Positions 20,999-31,726 of a stretch of 32,014 bases of DNA are shown one piece after another (within the stretch, counting starts at the first letter, position 1; every line of letters begins with the position of its first letter). Made by a program: the position numbers and the translations under genes. The DNA comes from Octopus bimaculoides (lineage: Eukaryota), in the NCBI RefSeq assembly GCF_001194135.2, contig NC_068991.1:8555252-8587265 (forward strand), in the 5' to 3' direction. The notes under the pieces are model-generated. The model ran no database searches. It saw only the letters and a program-made list of their open reading frames with translations, and had not been told where the DNA came from.

Positions 20999-22125
20999 TC
21001 TCATTGTATTTAGAATCCTGACCAAATGAAGGCTACCTTTTAAAGACGATACGGTGTTGTTTGAAGGAGGTTTGGCTACCATTTTGGTTGAGTGACCACG
21101 TATGTTTGTTTATGCTGGAAAGAAAGTTTTTCGGAAAGAAACTTAGAAAAAAAAAAGAAAAAAGATGGTTCCAGATTCAGTCCCATTCCTTGTTCAGGAA
21201 TATCGTTTGAACCATGATTGGAAAAGATACAGATCTATACTGTTTTAAACAAGCATTTGTGTAAATTTGCGTGCGTGTGTGTGGTCACACATGTGTATGC
21301 ATGTATAGGTGCCTAAGAAAACGCACACGCATTATCACTGAGGTACATCTGGAAATACTCCTCACCTGATTCTGCTCAATACCCTCTTTGTAATGTTGTT
21401 ATTCTGAAGAAGGCCTGTTGGTTGATGAGGCTGTTTTGGGGACACTGATGGGGAGTGTAAGCCCAAGAGGTCCTAAAGGCGTACTGTTTATGTCTATGGT
21501 CTCATGCCCAATCATTATCAATACTTCCCCACGTCCTATGTCCCTAACACCCATCCTTCCATCACTTCACTACCATTCACTCAGATGCTGTAATTACATG
21601 AGAGCAGAACTGCACATATTTCATCCCCTTTTGTGTTACCAGCTACCCCTTTGTCACCCATCCTGCATTCTTATTATCATCCCTTCCCACTTTATGTTGC
21701 ATTGAATGCCCCCTTTCTCCTCATGACAGCTGTACCACATACTTCCCCACTTTTTCATATCTGCTATCAATCTCAGCACATTCCTACCATCTTTGTCTGT
21801 TACTATACCCTTGCATACCTCTGACCTCCATCTCTGTCACTGTGTATCCCTCTCTTCCCATCATTTCACATCTTTTTATTCCTGTCTATCTACTGTTTTT
21901 TTTATACTGCTGTTCTCCCCTACACATTTTTGTACTGCTACCTCCTACTCCTATTCCTCCTCCTCCCTCCAAATAGATTTTCACTGTAGACCATACCACC
22001 ACCTTGGTTCCCCATTCACTGCATTCACCTCTATCCCCATCTCTGGCTACCTGTCATTCTCCTTCCACATTCCTGATTTTCTCATCCTGATTTAAAATCA
22101 GAATGTAAATTTTTTTAATTACCTC

Positions 22126-22450
22126 ACACTCCATCAGTTACGACTGTAACAAGGGTTCCATTTGGTCTGATCAACAGAAGGGCCTGCTCATGAAATTAAT
22201 GTGCAAGTGGCTGAGCACTCCGCAGTTGCATGTATCTTTAATGTAGTTCTTGGGGAAGTCCAGTGTGACAAAGAATGTGATAAGGTTGGCTCTTTGAATT
22301 ACTGGTGCAACTCATTTTTGCCAGTTGAGTGAACTGGAGCAATGTGAAATAAAGTGGCTTGCTCAAAGGCACTGTGGGCTGCCAGGAATTGAACTCATGG
22401 CCTTATAACCACGAAGAAAATACCCTAACCACTTAGCCAAGCACCTTCAC
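22126..22450 (-). mobile_element. tRNA-derived SINE, head B + tail X (diverged)
   Basis: 5' half aligns with the 8218-8551 element up to AAATGAGTTGC. 3' half aligns with the tail of 26194-26575 (GGAGTGCTCAGCCACTTGCAC.TTAATTTCA.GAGCAGG). Confidence 0.85.
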
Positions 22451-22489
22451 AAATTTTTCAAATTATTATTCAATTTATCGAATTTTGAG

Positions 22490-22800
22490 CCTCACAGTGG
22501 CAGTAACAAGTGACCAAGACCTTTGGCAATATACCGTGCTTTAGAAGACTTGTTAAGCCAAGTGGGATCATAGCCATGGCCAATGCCAGTGTTTTGTAAC
22601 TGGCACCTGTGCAGGTGGCACATAGAGAGCACCCACTACACTCTTGGAGTGGTTGGCATTAGAAAGGACATCCAGCTGTAGAAACCATTGCCAAATCAGA
22701 TTGGAACCTGGTGCAGCTCCCCAGCTTACCAGTTTTCAGTCAAACCGTCCAACCCATGCCAGCATGGAAAACGGACATTAAATGAGGAGGAGGAGGATCA
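22490..22800 (+). mobile_element. Retroposon family E copy
   Basis: GAGTGGTTGGCATTAGAAAGGACATCCAGCTGTAGAAAC...CCAACCCATGCCAGCATGGAAAACGGACATTAAATGAGGAGG. Confidence 0.8.
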
Positions 22801-24262
22801 GTACCAACAGTCTCAGAAGGCTTGCATAGATATTATACACAGCCATCCAGATTATGTATTAGTTGAAGTGGTGTCCTCATCTTGGTTGTTGCTTTCAATA
22901 GGTTTCAGCTGTGTACACTCTAGCCTTCTTCAGGTGTCTTGTCAATCCCCTTAGTGGCTACAGGCATAGCATAGTGGATAAGGGCACTGGTTAATGCAGT
23001 GCACTCACCTAAGTTCAATCCCAGGCCAGGCATTGAGGCGACTGACAAGACACTTCTACTTTTAAGATCCGTTGACAAAATTATTTTGATTCGGGCTCAG
23101 GTGTCACTGGTTTAGGATCCAGTCCCACTTTGAACAGTCAAAATGGGGACACCACTCTGATTAATCATATACATAATGTAAAAATTCCCCATCTCAAAAA
23201 TATAAAAGTGTAGTCTTCCAGGTTGTTAATGGAAAACAGAACTACAGTGAACAAATGGTGGCTGGTAATTATAGAGATGATTGAGCTAAATTAGCAGTTG
23301 AAATTACTATTTTGCAATTAGTATTTTTTTTCTATAGCTTTGTAAATAGAATGTTGTGATAGTATACTATATTGCTCAGTCATTTTAAGTGGAAGCTGAT
23401 GAGAATTAATTAATCAAACTTGTCTGTTAATGTCATGCTCAACAAAGTCTTGTATAATGAGTCATAAACATCCCTAGTGACAATACAGAGCAGGAATAAC
23501 ATTTTTTTAAACCCATATAAATGTCAAATTAGCTATTTCAGAAAAACTACTAAAAATTATTTAACCCAGTTTTTTTTAATGGACATAAAAATATATTCTA
23601 CTTTTAAGATCCTTTGACAAAATTATTTGATTCAGGTGTAGGTATGGCTGGTTCAGGGCTCAGTCTCACTGTGCCACTTTGGGAAAGTGTCTTCTGCTAT
23701 AGACCTGGGGTAACCAAAGCCTTGTGAGTGGATGTGATAGATGGAAACTGAAAGAAGCCTATCATGTATATCCATGTGTGTGTGTGTGTGTGTCTTTATG
23801 TTTGTGGTTGTCCACCACAACCACTTGACAACCAGTGTTGGTTTGTTTACAATGTCATTCTAAAAAGAACCAATCACCTCATTGAAATCCATTATTTTAT
23901 ATTCTCAATTCAAATTCTTTTTTATGTTGACTTTAATTTCCATCCTTCTGGTCACCTACTGCAAGGTCCCAGTCAAACACCCAAGGAAGAATCAACTAAA
24001 AATAGTTGGTTCTTCCTTTTGTCACACCATATATTTAAAAAAAAAAAAATCTATTTATATTAGATATTTTTGTTCATGACTTGAAACTAAATCCAGATGA
24101 AAATTATCTAAACAAAATAGTTTCCAGTGAAATATTTGCAGTTTATCTCATTAACAATTTTTTTTACTGTCTGTAAGCGATATCTTTAGATATAAGGCTT
24201 CCTATGTATTATATTTAGATTATAAAACTCTTTATTTTCAAATGCCTGCTACAATTATTATT

Positions 24263-24452
24263 AAAGCAATGAGCTGGCAGAATCATTAGCACATTGGGCA
24301 AAATGCTAAGTGGCTTTTTTTTTGGTTCTTTACATTCTGAGTTCAAATCCTTTCAGGTAATAAAAGAAGTACCAGTTGAGTACTGGGGTCGCTGTAATCG
24401 GTGTATCCCCCTTCCCCGCAAAATTTTAGGCTTTGTGCCTATAGTAGAAAGG
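24263..24452 (+). mobile_element. SINE family C copy
   Basis: GAGCTGGCAGAATCATTAGCAC...CTGAGTTCAAAT...AAGTACCAGTTGAGTACTGGGGTCG...GGCTTTGTGCCTATAGTAGAAAGG. Confidence 0.8.
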
Positions 24453-24504
24453 GTGATTATTATTATCAAGAAGTCATGTATTGTATCAACTGTTCCATTT
24501 TAGT

Positions 24505-24665
24505 TTCTGTGGTTACTCAACCTGCTAGAAATAGCAACCAAATACCCCCTCAGATTACATCTTGTTTTAAATAAGGAAAGGACACATTAGGTAATGAAGT
24601 CATTCATGGATAGTTGTCTGTCATTTGACAATGAGGATTTGGTTGTTCCAGCCTCAGTTAAGAAT
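24505..24665 (+). repeat. Unclassified interspersed repeat family F (CAACCTGCTAGAAATAGCA.CCAAAT.TCCCTC...)
   Basis: Recurs at about 11160-11330(+), 18775-18962(+), 21025-21105(-), 31005-31162(-). Confidence 0.7.
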
Positions 24666-24672
24666 ATTTCAA

Positions 24673-24844
24673 GTTCGTACCAGCCAGATCTGACCTCTCA
24701 CACCTACCCTACAATGTCATTCTAAACATAAGCAGTCACATCATTTGAAACCTTGAAGCTACGAGATAATACATGATTAATTCGAAACCATGTGAATAAA
24801 TGAGCATTACATTTAACAGAATAATTTGAATGCTAAAGGATTTA
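24673..24844 (-). mobile_element. piggyBac-like MITE copy (partial)
   Basis: CCAGATCTGACCTCTCACACCTACCCTACAATGTCATTCTAAA...GAATGCTAAAGG matches the other copies. Confidence 0.75.
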
Positions 24845-25143
24845 GGAAAATGTATGTGTGTGTGTGTGTGTGTAGATAGATAGCTATGTGATGAGAAGCT
24901 GGTGGTAAGTAGACATGAAGACAAGCAACTTTATAGAGCTTGATCATTCTGAAATGCCCCCTAAATAGCAACAGTTAAACAGATTATTTTGGCACACTAT
25001 ATTATATTAAACTGACAGTTATGTGTTGTCATTTCTTTGTTATACAAATGCTCCTTGCTAAACTATTTATTTTGATATCTAAGTCTTTGTCTTTGTCAAC
25101 TATTTACCCCACAGCAAATACTAATCCCCTGTATAAGTTGCTG

Positions 25144-25561
25144 TTTTTACTTTGTTTCAGTCATTAGATTGTGGCCATGCTGGGGTACCACCCTGAAGAA
25201 TTTTCTGTTGAACAAATCAACCCCAGTACTTATATCCTAAGCTTAGTACTTATTCTATCAGTTTCTTTTGCCAAACCATTAAGTCACCAGGATGTAAACA
25301 CTGACACCTTTTGTCAAGTGGTGGTGGGGACAAACACACACACACATACACACGCATGATGGGCTTCTTTCAGTTTCCATCTATCATATCCACTCACAAG
25401 GCTTTGGTCAGCCCAAGGCTATAGTAGAAGACGCTTGCCCTAGGTGTCACACAGTGGGGCTTTGGTTGACCTGAGGCTTTAGAAGAAACCACTTTCCATG
25501 ATCCCACAGTGTGGGACTGAACCCAGGATCATGTGGTTGGGAAGCAAACTTCTTACCATAT
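25144..25561 (-). mobile_element. SINE family D, near full length, with an internal ~60-nt tandem duplication
   Basis: Reverse complement of the 9038 copy. The segment GGCTTTGGT..CC..AGGCT.TAG.AGAA...CTT.CC occurs twice, at about 25401-25457 and 25458-25515. Confidence 0.8.
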
Positions 25562-26193
25562 AGATTTTTTTTTTTTTAGTTGTAGGGTGGAGCTTTTAAA
25601 TGTAAACCGATTGTAGTTCCTTCTATTTAATCTAGTTCTTTGCTAACTTCAGTATACTTTTGTTCCATTTGTATCAGATAGGAATTTGAAATATTCTTAA
25701 ATACTTGTGGAAACTAGATAACATATCAGAATGTAATCATATGTGAATTTTTCTGTTAAATTCACAAAAGAAGACTTCTGTTTTGTATGTATTTTATAAA
25801 TTTGCTTCTTATAAATGAATGTTTCTTGTAAATTCTTGCATAAAAGGCATTGGAATTTTCACACAAGAATTTTGTCACACCATTGCATTTTATAAGCCTT
25901 GTGTGTTGCAAAATAAATTCTCAGAAAGTTATGTGATGCAATGAGAGATAACCAAGTTCTCTGGTATATTCAATCAGATGGAATTTATGTAATGCACAAA
26001 AAAGTTGCTTACCTTCTTTCTACTAACTTAGCATTACTATAACCAGTGTGTGTGTGGTTTTGGGTTCAGTCCCACGGCTCAACACATTGAGCCCTGGATC
26101 AACCACTGTCTTGTGAGCGAATTTAGTACACAGAAACTGTGTAGAAGCTTGTGATGTGTGTGTGTTTATGTTTGTATGTATGTATGTATGTGT

Positions 26194-26575
26194 GGAGGCG
26201 CAATGGCCCAGTGGTTAGGACAGTGGACTCGCGGTCATAGGATCGCGGTTTCGATTCCCAGACCGGGTGTTGTGAGTGTTTATTGAGCAAAAACACCTAA
26301 AGTTCCACGAGGCTCCGGCAGGGGATGGTGGCGAACCCTGCTGTACTCTTTCACCACAACTTTCTCTCACTCTTACTTCCTGTTTCTGTTGTACCTGTAA
26401 TTCAAAGGGTCAGCCTTGTCACACATGTGTCACGCTGAATATCCCCGAGAACTACGTTAAGGGCACACGTGTCTGTGGAGTGCTCAGCCACTTGCACGTT
26501 AATTTCACGAGCAGGCTGTTCCGTTGATCGGATCAACTGGAACCCTCGACGTCATAAGCGACGGAGTGCCAACAA
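26194..26575 (+). mobile_element. tRNA-derived SINE, head A + tail X
   Basis: Pol III A box TGGCCCAGTGG (26204-26214) and B box GGTTTCGATTCC (26247-26258). The first ~194 nt align with the element at 29175-29363; the 3' part aligns with 22126-22300. Confidence 0.9.
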
Positions 26576-26595
26576 TGTATGTATATATGTATGTC

Positions 26596-26945
26596 CTACT
26601 TCTCTTGAGTTCAAAGATTTGAGCAAAGTCAACACCAACACTAACACCAGAACCAACATCGTGCAAGCATGAAGGCACACTGGCAAAATGCTGCTCTTTT
26701 AAATGGAAACCTTACCCGTCGTGATTTTGTGGCATGGAGCAAAGTGGACCTTGCCGTCCACTCAAGAAAACACATAGCAAATGATCCACAAATACTTGAG
26801 CAAACTAAATCCTCAATTTGTTCCATTTGCCAAAAGATTTGCAAGGCACCAGCAGGCCTCAAGAGACATATTTGTGTTCATAGAACGTGATTAATGCTTT
26901 ATTTTACTGAGCCCTCATATGTCATTCATGACAAGAGAACCCATC
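26596..26945 (+). mobile_element. Decayed 3' end of an RTE-like LINE with C-terminal C2H2 finger(s)
   Basis: The frame from 26618 reads FEQSQHQH*HQNQHRASMKAH...DFVAWSKVDLAVHSRKH...CSICQKICKAPAGLKRHICVHRT*. It has an in-frame TAA at 26642, one intact and one broken finger, and no splice context. Confidence 0.65.
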
Positions 26946-27207
26946 ATATATATATTGTATTATGTGCTCATGTCTTTGGGTTTATGTTTGTATCCCCCCT
27001 CACTCCACCATTTGACAAGTGATGTTAGTTTGTTTAGGTCCCCTTAACTTATCAGTAAAGGGGGCTGAGATGATTAAGTACCAGATTTTAAAATAAACCC
27101 TGGGATTGATTTGGTTGACTAAAAACCATCCATGGTGATCTCTCAAGCATGACTGTAAGTTCAATGACCGAAGCAAGTTAAAAGATTTATGTGCATATAA
27201 TCATGTA

Positions 27208-27240
<33 letters not shown>

Positions 27241-27472
27241 TATATATATATATAATCCTTTCCCCTTCCCAGCTCACAGATATTACCAGACACCTGTATA
27301 GTTGCTATGGTTACGAATGGAAGCTTGGAAAAACAAATACAAAAATGAAATGGAATTTTGTATCAGTCAGATCAATAACTAATATTTGGTGGACAGACAT
27401 GAATGGAGGAAATATAGATTTTTAAAGATGTCAGCACTCTTGGATCTCTCTTGTAAAGCAAATTTAGGTACC

Positions 27473-27755
27473 TGTGGTGTTGGTACGCATTTTGTGGTGT
27501 TGGTACGCATTTTGTGGTGGTGGTATTAGTAGTAGTGGTGGTGGTGGTATTAGTAGTAGTGGTGGTGGTGGTATTAGTAGTAGTGGTGGTGGTATTAGTA
27601 GTAGTGGTGGTGGTGGTATTAGTAGTAGTGGTGGTGGTATTAGTAGTAGTGGTGGTAGTAGTATTAGTAGTGGTGGTGGTTTTAGGTGGTATTGGTGGTA
27701 GTAGTGGTAGTAGTAGTGGTGGTGGTATTAATAATAGTAGTAGTGGTGGTGGTGG
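27473..27755. repeat. 20-bp duplication followed by a compound (GGT)n-ATT-(AGT)n repeat
   Basis: TGTGGTGTTGGTACGCATTT x2, then units such as GGTGGTGGTATTAGTAGTAGT of 21-24 nt. Confidence 0.9.
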
Positions 27756-28082
27756 TCCTTCTGCTATAAGCACAAGGCTTGATTTTTGGGAGCGGGAGTT
27801 AGTTAATTACATCGACCCTAGTATGCAACTGGTACTTATTTATTTTATCAATGCCAAAAGGATGGAAGTCAATCTCTAGAATTCGAACTCATAATGCAAG
27901 GACAGACGCAATACTTCTAAGAATTTTGCCCAGCATGCTAACAATTCTGCCAGCTTGCTGTCTTAATAATAATAATAATAATCCTTTCTACTGGAGGCGC
28001 AAGGCCTCAAATTTGAGGGGAGGGGAATAGTTGATTACATCAACTCCAGTGTTTCACTGGTACTTAATCTATCGACCCTGAA
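27756..28082 (-). mobile_element. Two tandem SINE family C copies (one near full length, one 3' fragment)
   Basis: Both start TCCTTTCT.CT...CACAAGGC on plus. They are separated by (AAT)n at about 27965-27981. Confidence 0.75.
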
Positions 28083-28092
28083 AAATAATAAT

Positions 28093-28460
28093 AACAAGAG
28101 CATTCAGAGAGTGCAAACCTCCGCCAAGGCAACGTCCTCTCAACGATTAGTCAGAGATGATTTTTAAAATGAGAATGTCTGAAATAAACTTGACTGCTCT
28201 CACAAACGAGAATACTAAAAATGAACCCAACCACTCTCAAAATTTAAGTAAAAAAAAAAGCAGGATAAATAATCCAGAATCCTTGTCCGGTACCAGATCG
28301 ATCCTGAAATCTAATCGGTTTGTGCCAGTCACGAGGTCAAAGATCCCTGAAAGTTTCTTCCAAATCCATCCAGTGGTTCTTGGGATGTCTTGTCCATGGA
28401 CAGACAAACAAACATACACAACTGAAAACAATACCTCCGCCTTCACTAAGGCAGAGGTAA
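28093..28460 (+). mobile_element. Helentron/HINE-like non-autonomous element
   Basis: ACCTCCGCC near the 5' end (28117-28125) recurs in a 3' stem-loop, ACCTCCGCCTT-cact-AAGGCAGAGGT (28433-28458). Short (CAAA)/(CAGA) repeats precede it. No TSD or terminal TIR seen. Confidence 0.5.
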
Positions 28461-28683
28461 TAACTATTGTATGCAGCACACCAACTTGTCAAGAAAAGGG
28501 TAAAAGAGAAGACAGAAAGTAGCAATATGTCAAGTAAAATAAATACAGCAATGAAAGTGTGTTCACAAAAGATAGAAAAGTAAACAGTAAAAGAACCATA
28601 AAGAGGGAGAAGTGCATAGGTACATCAGAAACACTGTTAGTGGATTTGGGGAAGCATGGAGTATGTTCAGCAAAGTCTTATTT

Positions 28684-29055
28684 TGTGTAGTTAAGAATCT
28701 CACTTTGTAAGCACATTGTTTCAGGTTCATTCCCACTGTGTAGCATCTTGGGCAAGTGTCTTCTACCATAGCTCCAGGCTGACCAATACCTTGTGAATGA
28801 ATTTGGTAGACGGAAACTGTACAGAAGCACATAGTGTGTGTGTGTGTGTGTGTGTTTGCATTCGTCTCCTCCATGGCTTGACAACCAGTGTTGGTTTGTT
28901 TACATCCCATAATTTAACGGTTCAACAAAAGGGATTGAGAGAATAGGTATCTAACTTTAAAACAACACCAGTATTGGGGCTCAATTTGTTTGACTAAAAC
29001 CCTTTGATACAGTGTCCTAGAATGGCTGCAGCCCAAAGCCTGAAACCAGTAAAGG
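28684..29055 (+). mobile_element. SINE family D copy
   Basis: GGTTCATTCCCACTGTG..GCATCTTGGGCAAGTGTCTTCTAC...internal (TG)n...GACTAAAA...TGAAACCAGTAAA. Abuts the 29062 SINE tail-to-tail. Confidence 0.8.
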
Positions 29056-29061
29056 GTATAT

Positions 29062-29363
29062 AAAACGTCGTGCTTCCAAAGCCTAGTCAGGCTCATGGGC
29101 CCGGTTTCCCGGTTTCTATGGCGTATGTGTTCCCCCCAGCTGGATGGGACGCCAGTCCATCGCAGCGTTACTCAAGAAACAGGAAGAAAGAGTAAGAGAA
29201 AGTTGGGGCGAATGAGTACAACAGGGGTCGCCACCACCCCCTGCCGGAGCCTCGTGGAGCTTAGGTGTTTTCGTTAAACACTCACAACGCCCGGTCTGGG
29301 AATCAAAACCCCGATCCTCCAATCGAGAGTCCGTTGCCCTAACCACTGGGCCATTGCGCCTCC
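29062..29363 (-). mobile_element. tRNA-derived SINE, head A + V-domain-like tail
   Basis: Same GGAGGCGCAATGGCCCAGTGGTTAGG head and body as 26194. After CTTCCTGTTTCT it continues into GCTGCGATGGACTGGCGTCCCATCCAG, which resembles the V-SINE central domain (recalled similarity). Confidence 0.88.
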
Positions 29364-29367
29364 AAAG

Positions 29368-29410
<43 letters not shown>

Positions 29411-29764
29411 AAAATTTTTAAAAAAGCTATCTGTTGCATTCTTGTAAGGCTTACAAAGGAATCATATGAAGATCTGAGACAGTTATTACAAACAAAAGGA
29501 AATAAAATAAATGTATTGTTCATCAGTAGTATTTCATTAGTACAGTTTTATTAGGTTAAATTAGTAGCTTGTCTTGACCTTGGAATTCTCGGGAGCATAA
29601 TTGTTTTAATATTTCATTTGCTAATCTACTTTTGGTTGCAACTAAAACATAGATATCAAATAAAGAAATGGCTAAATAAATAAATAAATAAGTATATAAA
29701 AATAACATGGTCATTCTTTCAATTACCTAATTGTTAGTAAATTATCTATCTACTTCGCCAAATA

Positions 29765-29901
29765 GATGATTCTATGTATGTATGTATGTATGTGTGTGTA
29801 TGTATATATGTATGTAAGCATATGTATATATACATAGGTGTGTGTATGTATATACGTATATATATATATAACAGACGTGTTTGTATACACGTGTGTATGT
29901 A

Positions 29902-29949
<48 letters not shown>

Positions 29950-30033
29950 TCTGTGTGTGTGTATGCATGTGTATGTATGCATGTGTGTATGTATACATAC
30001 ATACATACATATATGTGTTTGTATGCATGTATA

Positions 30034-30071
<38 letters not shown>

Positions 30072-30107
30072 AACGTGTTTGTATTGATGTGTGTGAGTTT
30101 GTATGCA

Positions 30108-30152
<45 letters not shown>

Positions 30153-30238
30153 GTGTGAGTTTGTATGCATGTGTATATATATATATACATGCATGCATGT
30201 GTATTTGTATACATGGATGTATGTAGGTATATATATAC
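29765..30238. repeat. Compound TA/TG/CA/TATG low-complexity array
   Basis: Direct reading. It accounts for all the YI/CV/HT-repeat ORFs in this interval. Confidence 0.95.
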
Positions 30239-30644
30239 AGTTGGATTTGTTTGTCTTTCTAATGACTACTTATTGACTTGCCACATTTAAGTTCTGAGTG
30301 GAAATTACTTCCATTTACAGCTGGCCACTTCACTGCTCAAAATCTGAGCCGAAAACTTGTTTGTTCCCTTGGCACAAAAATTTATCTTGTATTACAAATT
30401 TTTCACTACTTTCTTTTTGTTTTGTTTAACCTACTGACATCATAACTTGTTTTCTCAGGCACTAGTTTTCTTCCTTTCTTTTCTTTTTTTTTTTTTTTTT
30501 CACTTTATCTGGAAATCAGTTCATTTTAGGGTGGTTGAATTTTTGAAGCACTAAATTAAAGCCATATCATATGAAGTGAGCTGATGAGAATCAATGTTGA
30601 TTCTGGTTACTAATTGCATGGGACAGCAATTTTAATTGTGGCTC

Positions 30645-30705
30645 TCAGCCTGCTCGTGAAATTAACGTACAAGTGGCTGAGCACTCCACAGACACGTGTA
30701 CACGC
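30645..30705 (-). mobile_element. Fragment of SINE tail X
   Basis: Plus-strand GCCTGCTCGTGAAATTAACGTACAAGTGGCTGAGCACTCCACAGACACGTGT is the reverse complement of tail X at about 26465-26517. Confidence 0.8.
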
Positions 30706-31726
30706 CTCCACTCTTCTTCAGTACTGCACTTCCAAACAACTTTTGGCTTCTAATCTTTGCCCATCTATCTTTGCCCTCATTATCCTCTGCAGGTACTTTG
30801 ACCATACCTCTGTGACTTGTTTTCTAGATGTCTCCTTGTTTACTGTTCACCAGTTTTGGAAGCCTTGTATGTGCTTTTCCTCTTCTAAAGTATGAAAAAG
30901 AAATAATTGATTGCATTTACTCTCTATAGAAGTTGCGGTATTTTTCTTTGAAATTCTGACTTGGCTTTTAGCTAAAGAAAATCTTTACACAAGAAGAAAG
31001 ATATTATTTAGCTCCAAGTCAGCTTCCATCGAGCAAACCTATGATGATGAAACGTGTTCCAGCTTTGAATGTTCTGCCATTCTTTCAGAGTATCTAGGAC
31101 TATGATTATGCAGAATATGATTTGAGGGAAATTTGGTTGTTGTTTCTAGCAGGTAAGGTTAACCCCCCTCCCGCCCACCAGATTTGCTGGAAGACATTTT
31201 GAAAAGCGAGGTGAATCCTTTCCAGGCAAAGAAATATTTTTTTATAACTTTATTTGCATCATAAATTGAAGAATGCTAATTCTTTTTTTTTTTTGTTTTT
31301 CTTCAAGCTTCGTAATGATATTTCGAGAGTCGAAAAACAGCCAGTTCTGTTGACAAGAAAAATTAGGTCAAAATATATTGAAATACAATGAATTCATTGT
31401 ATTTCGAACAACAGATAAAATTCAGTATCTAGTAACAGGTTATGGGCGGGGATCATAAAATGTCATTTTTGGTTTTGGTTGGTTTCTTTTTGTCTCTTTT
31501 TTTTTTTTTTTACTTTTATTTATATTAATTTTTGCTGGTGGTCATGGTGATGAAGGTCGTGCCTTTAGGGATCCCATTGTAACCGAACTATTAAACATTC
31601 TTAGGTCATTATGAGTCGTTTCTGTATACATTATGAATATTCCTTAGCAGGTTGAAGTCTTGTGAAGGGCCTTCTCTCTCTGTATAAATCTTTATACATT
31701 TATATATAACATATATATATATATAT

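Noticed and set aside
21430-22095. ORFs in the pyrimidine-rich block after the hammerhead-like motif at 21404
   Set aside because: Low-complexity, with no RT or GIY-YIG motifs recognised. It may be PLE-derived but this cannot be supported.
26194-26270. tRNA gene (A and B boxes present), likewise at 29290-29363, 8480-8551 and 22960-23035
   Set aside because: Each continues into a multi-copy SINE body and I could not fold a complete cloverleaf. These are SINE heads.
27372-27879. Mucin-like poly-Thr, Gly/Ser-rich or poly-Val ORFs
   Set aside because: All are readings of the (GGT)/(AGT) compound repeat, open in several frames on both strands, with no splice or homology support.
29746-30226. Multiple 100-154 aa ORFs rich in YI/CV/HT
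   Set aside because: Translations of dinucleotide repeats. The same applies to the ORFs at 15418-15810, 16649-16930, 19981-20508 and those crossing the N gaps.
30735-30830. Minus-strand peptide YLQRIMRAKIDGQR resembling a LINE ORF2 C-terminus
   Set aside because: Too short and flanked by stops to support a call.
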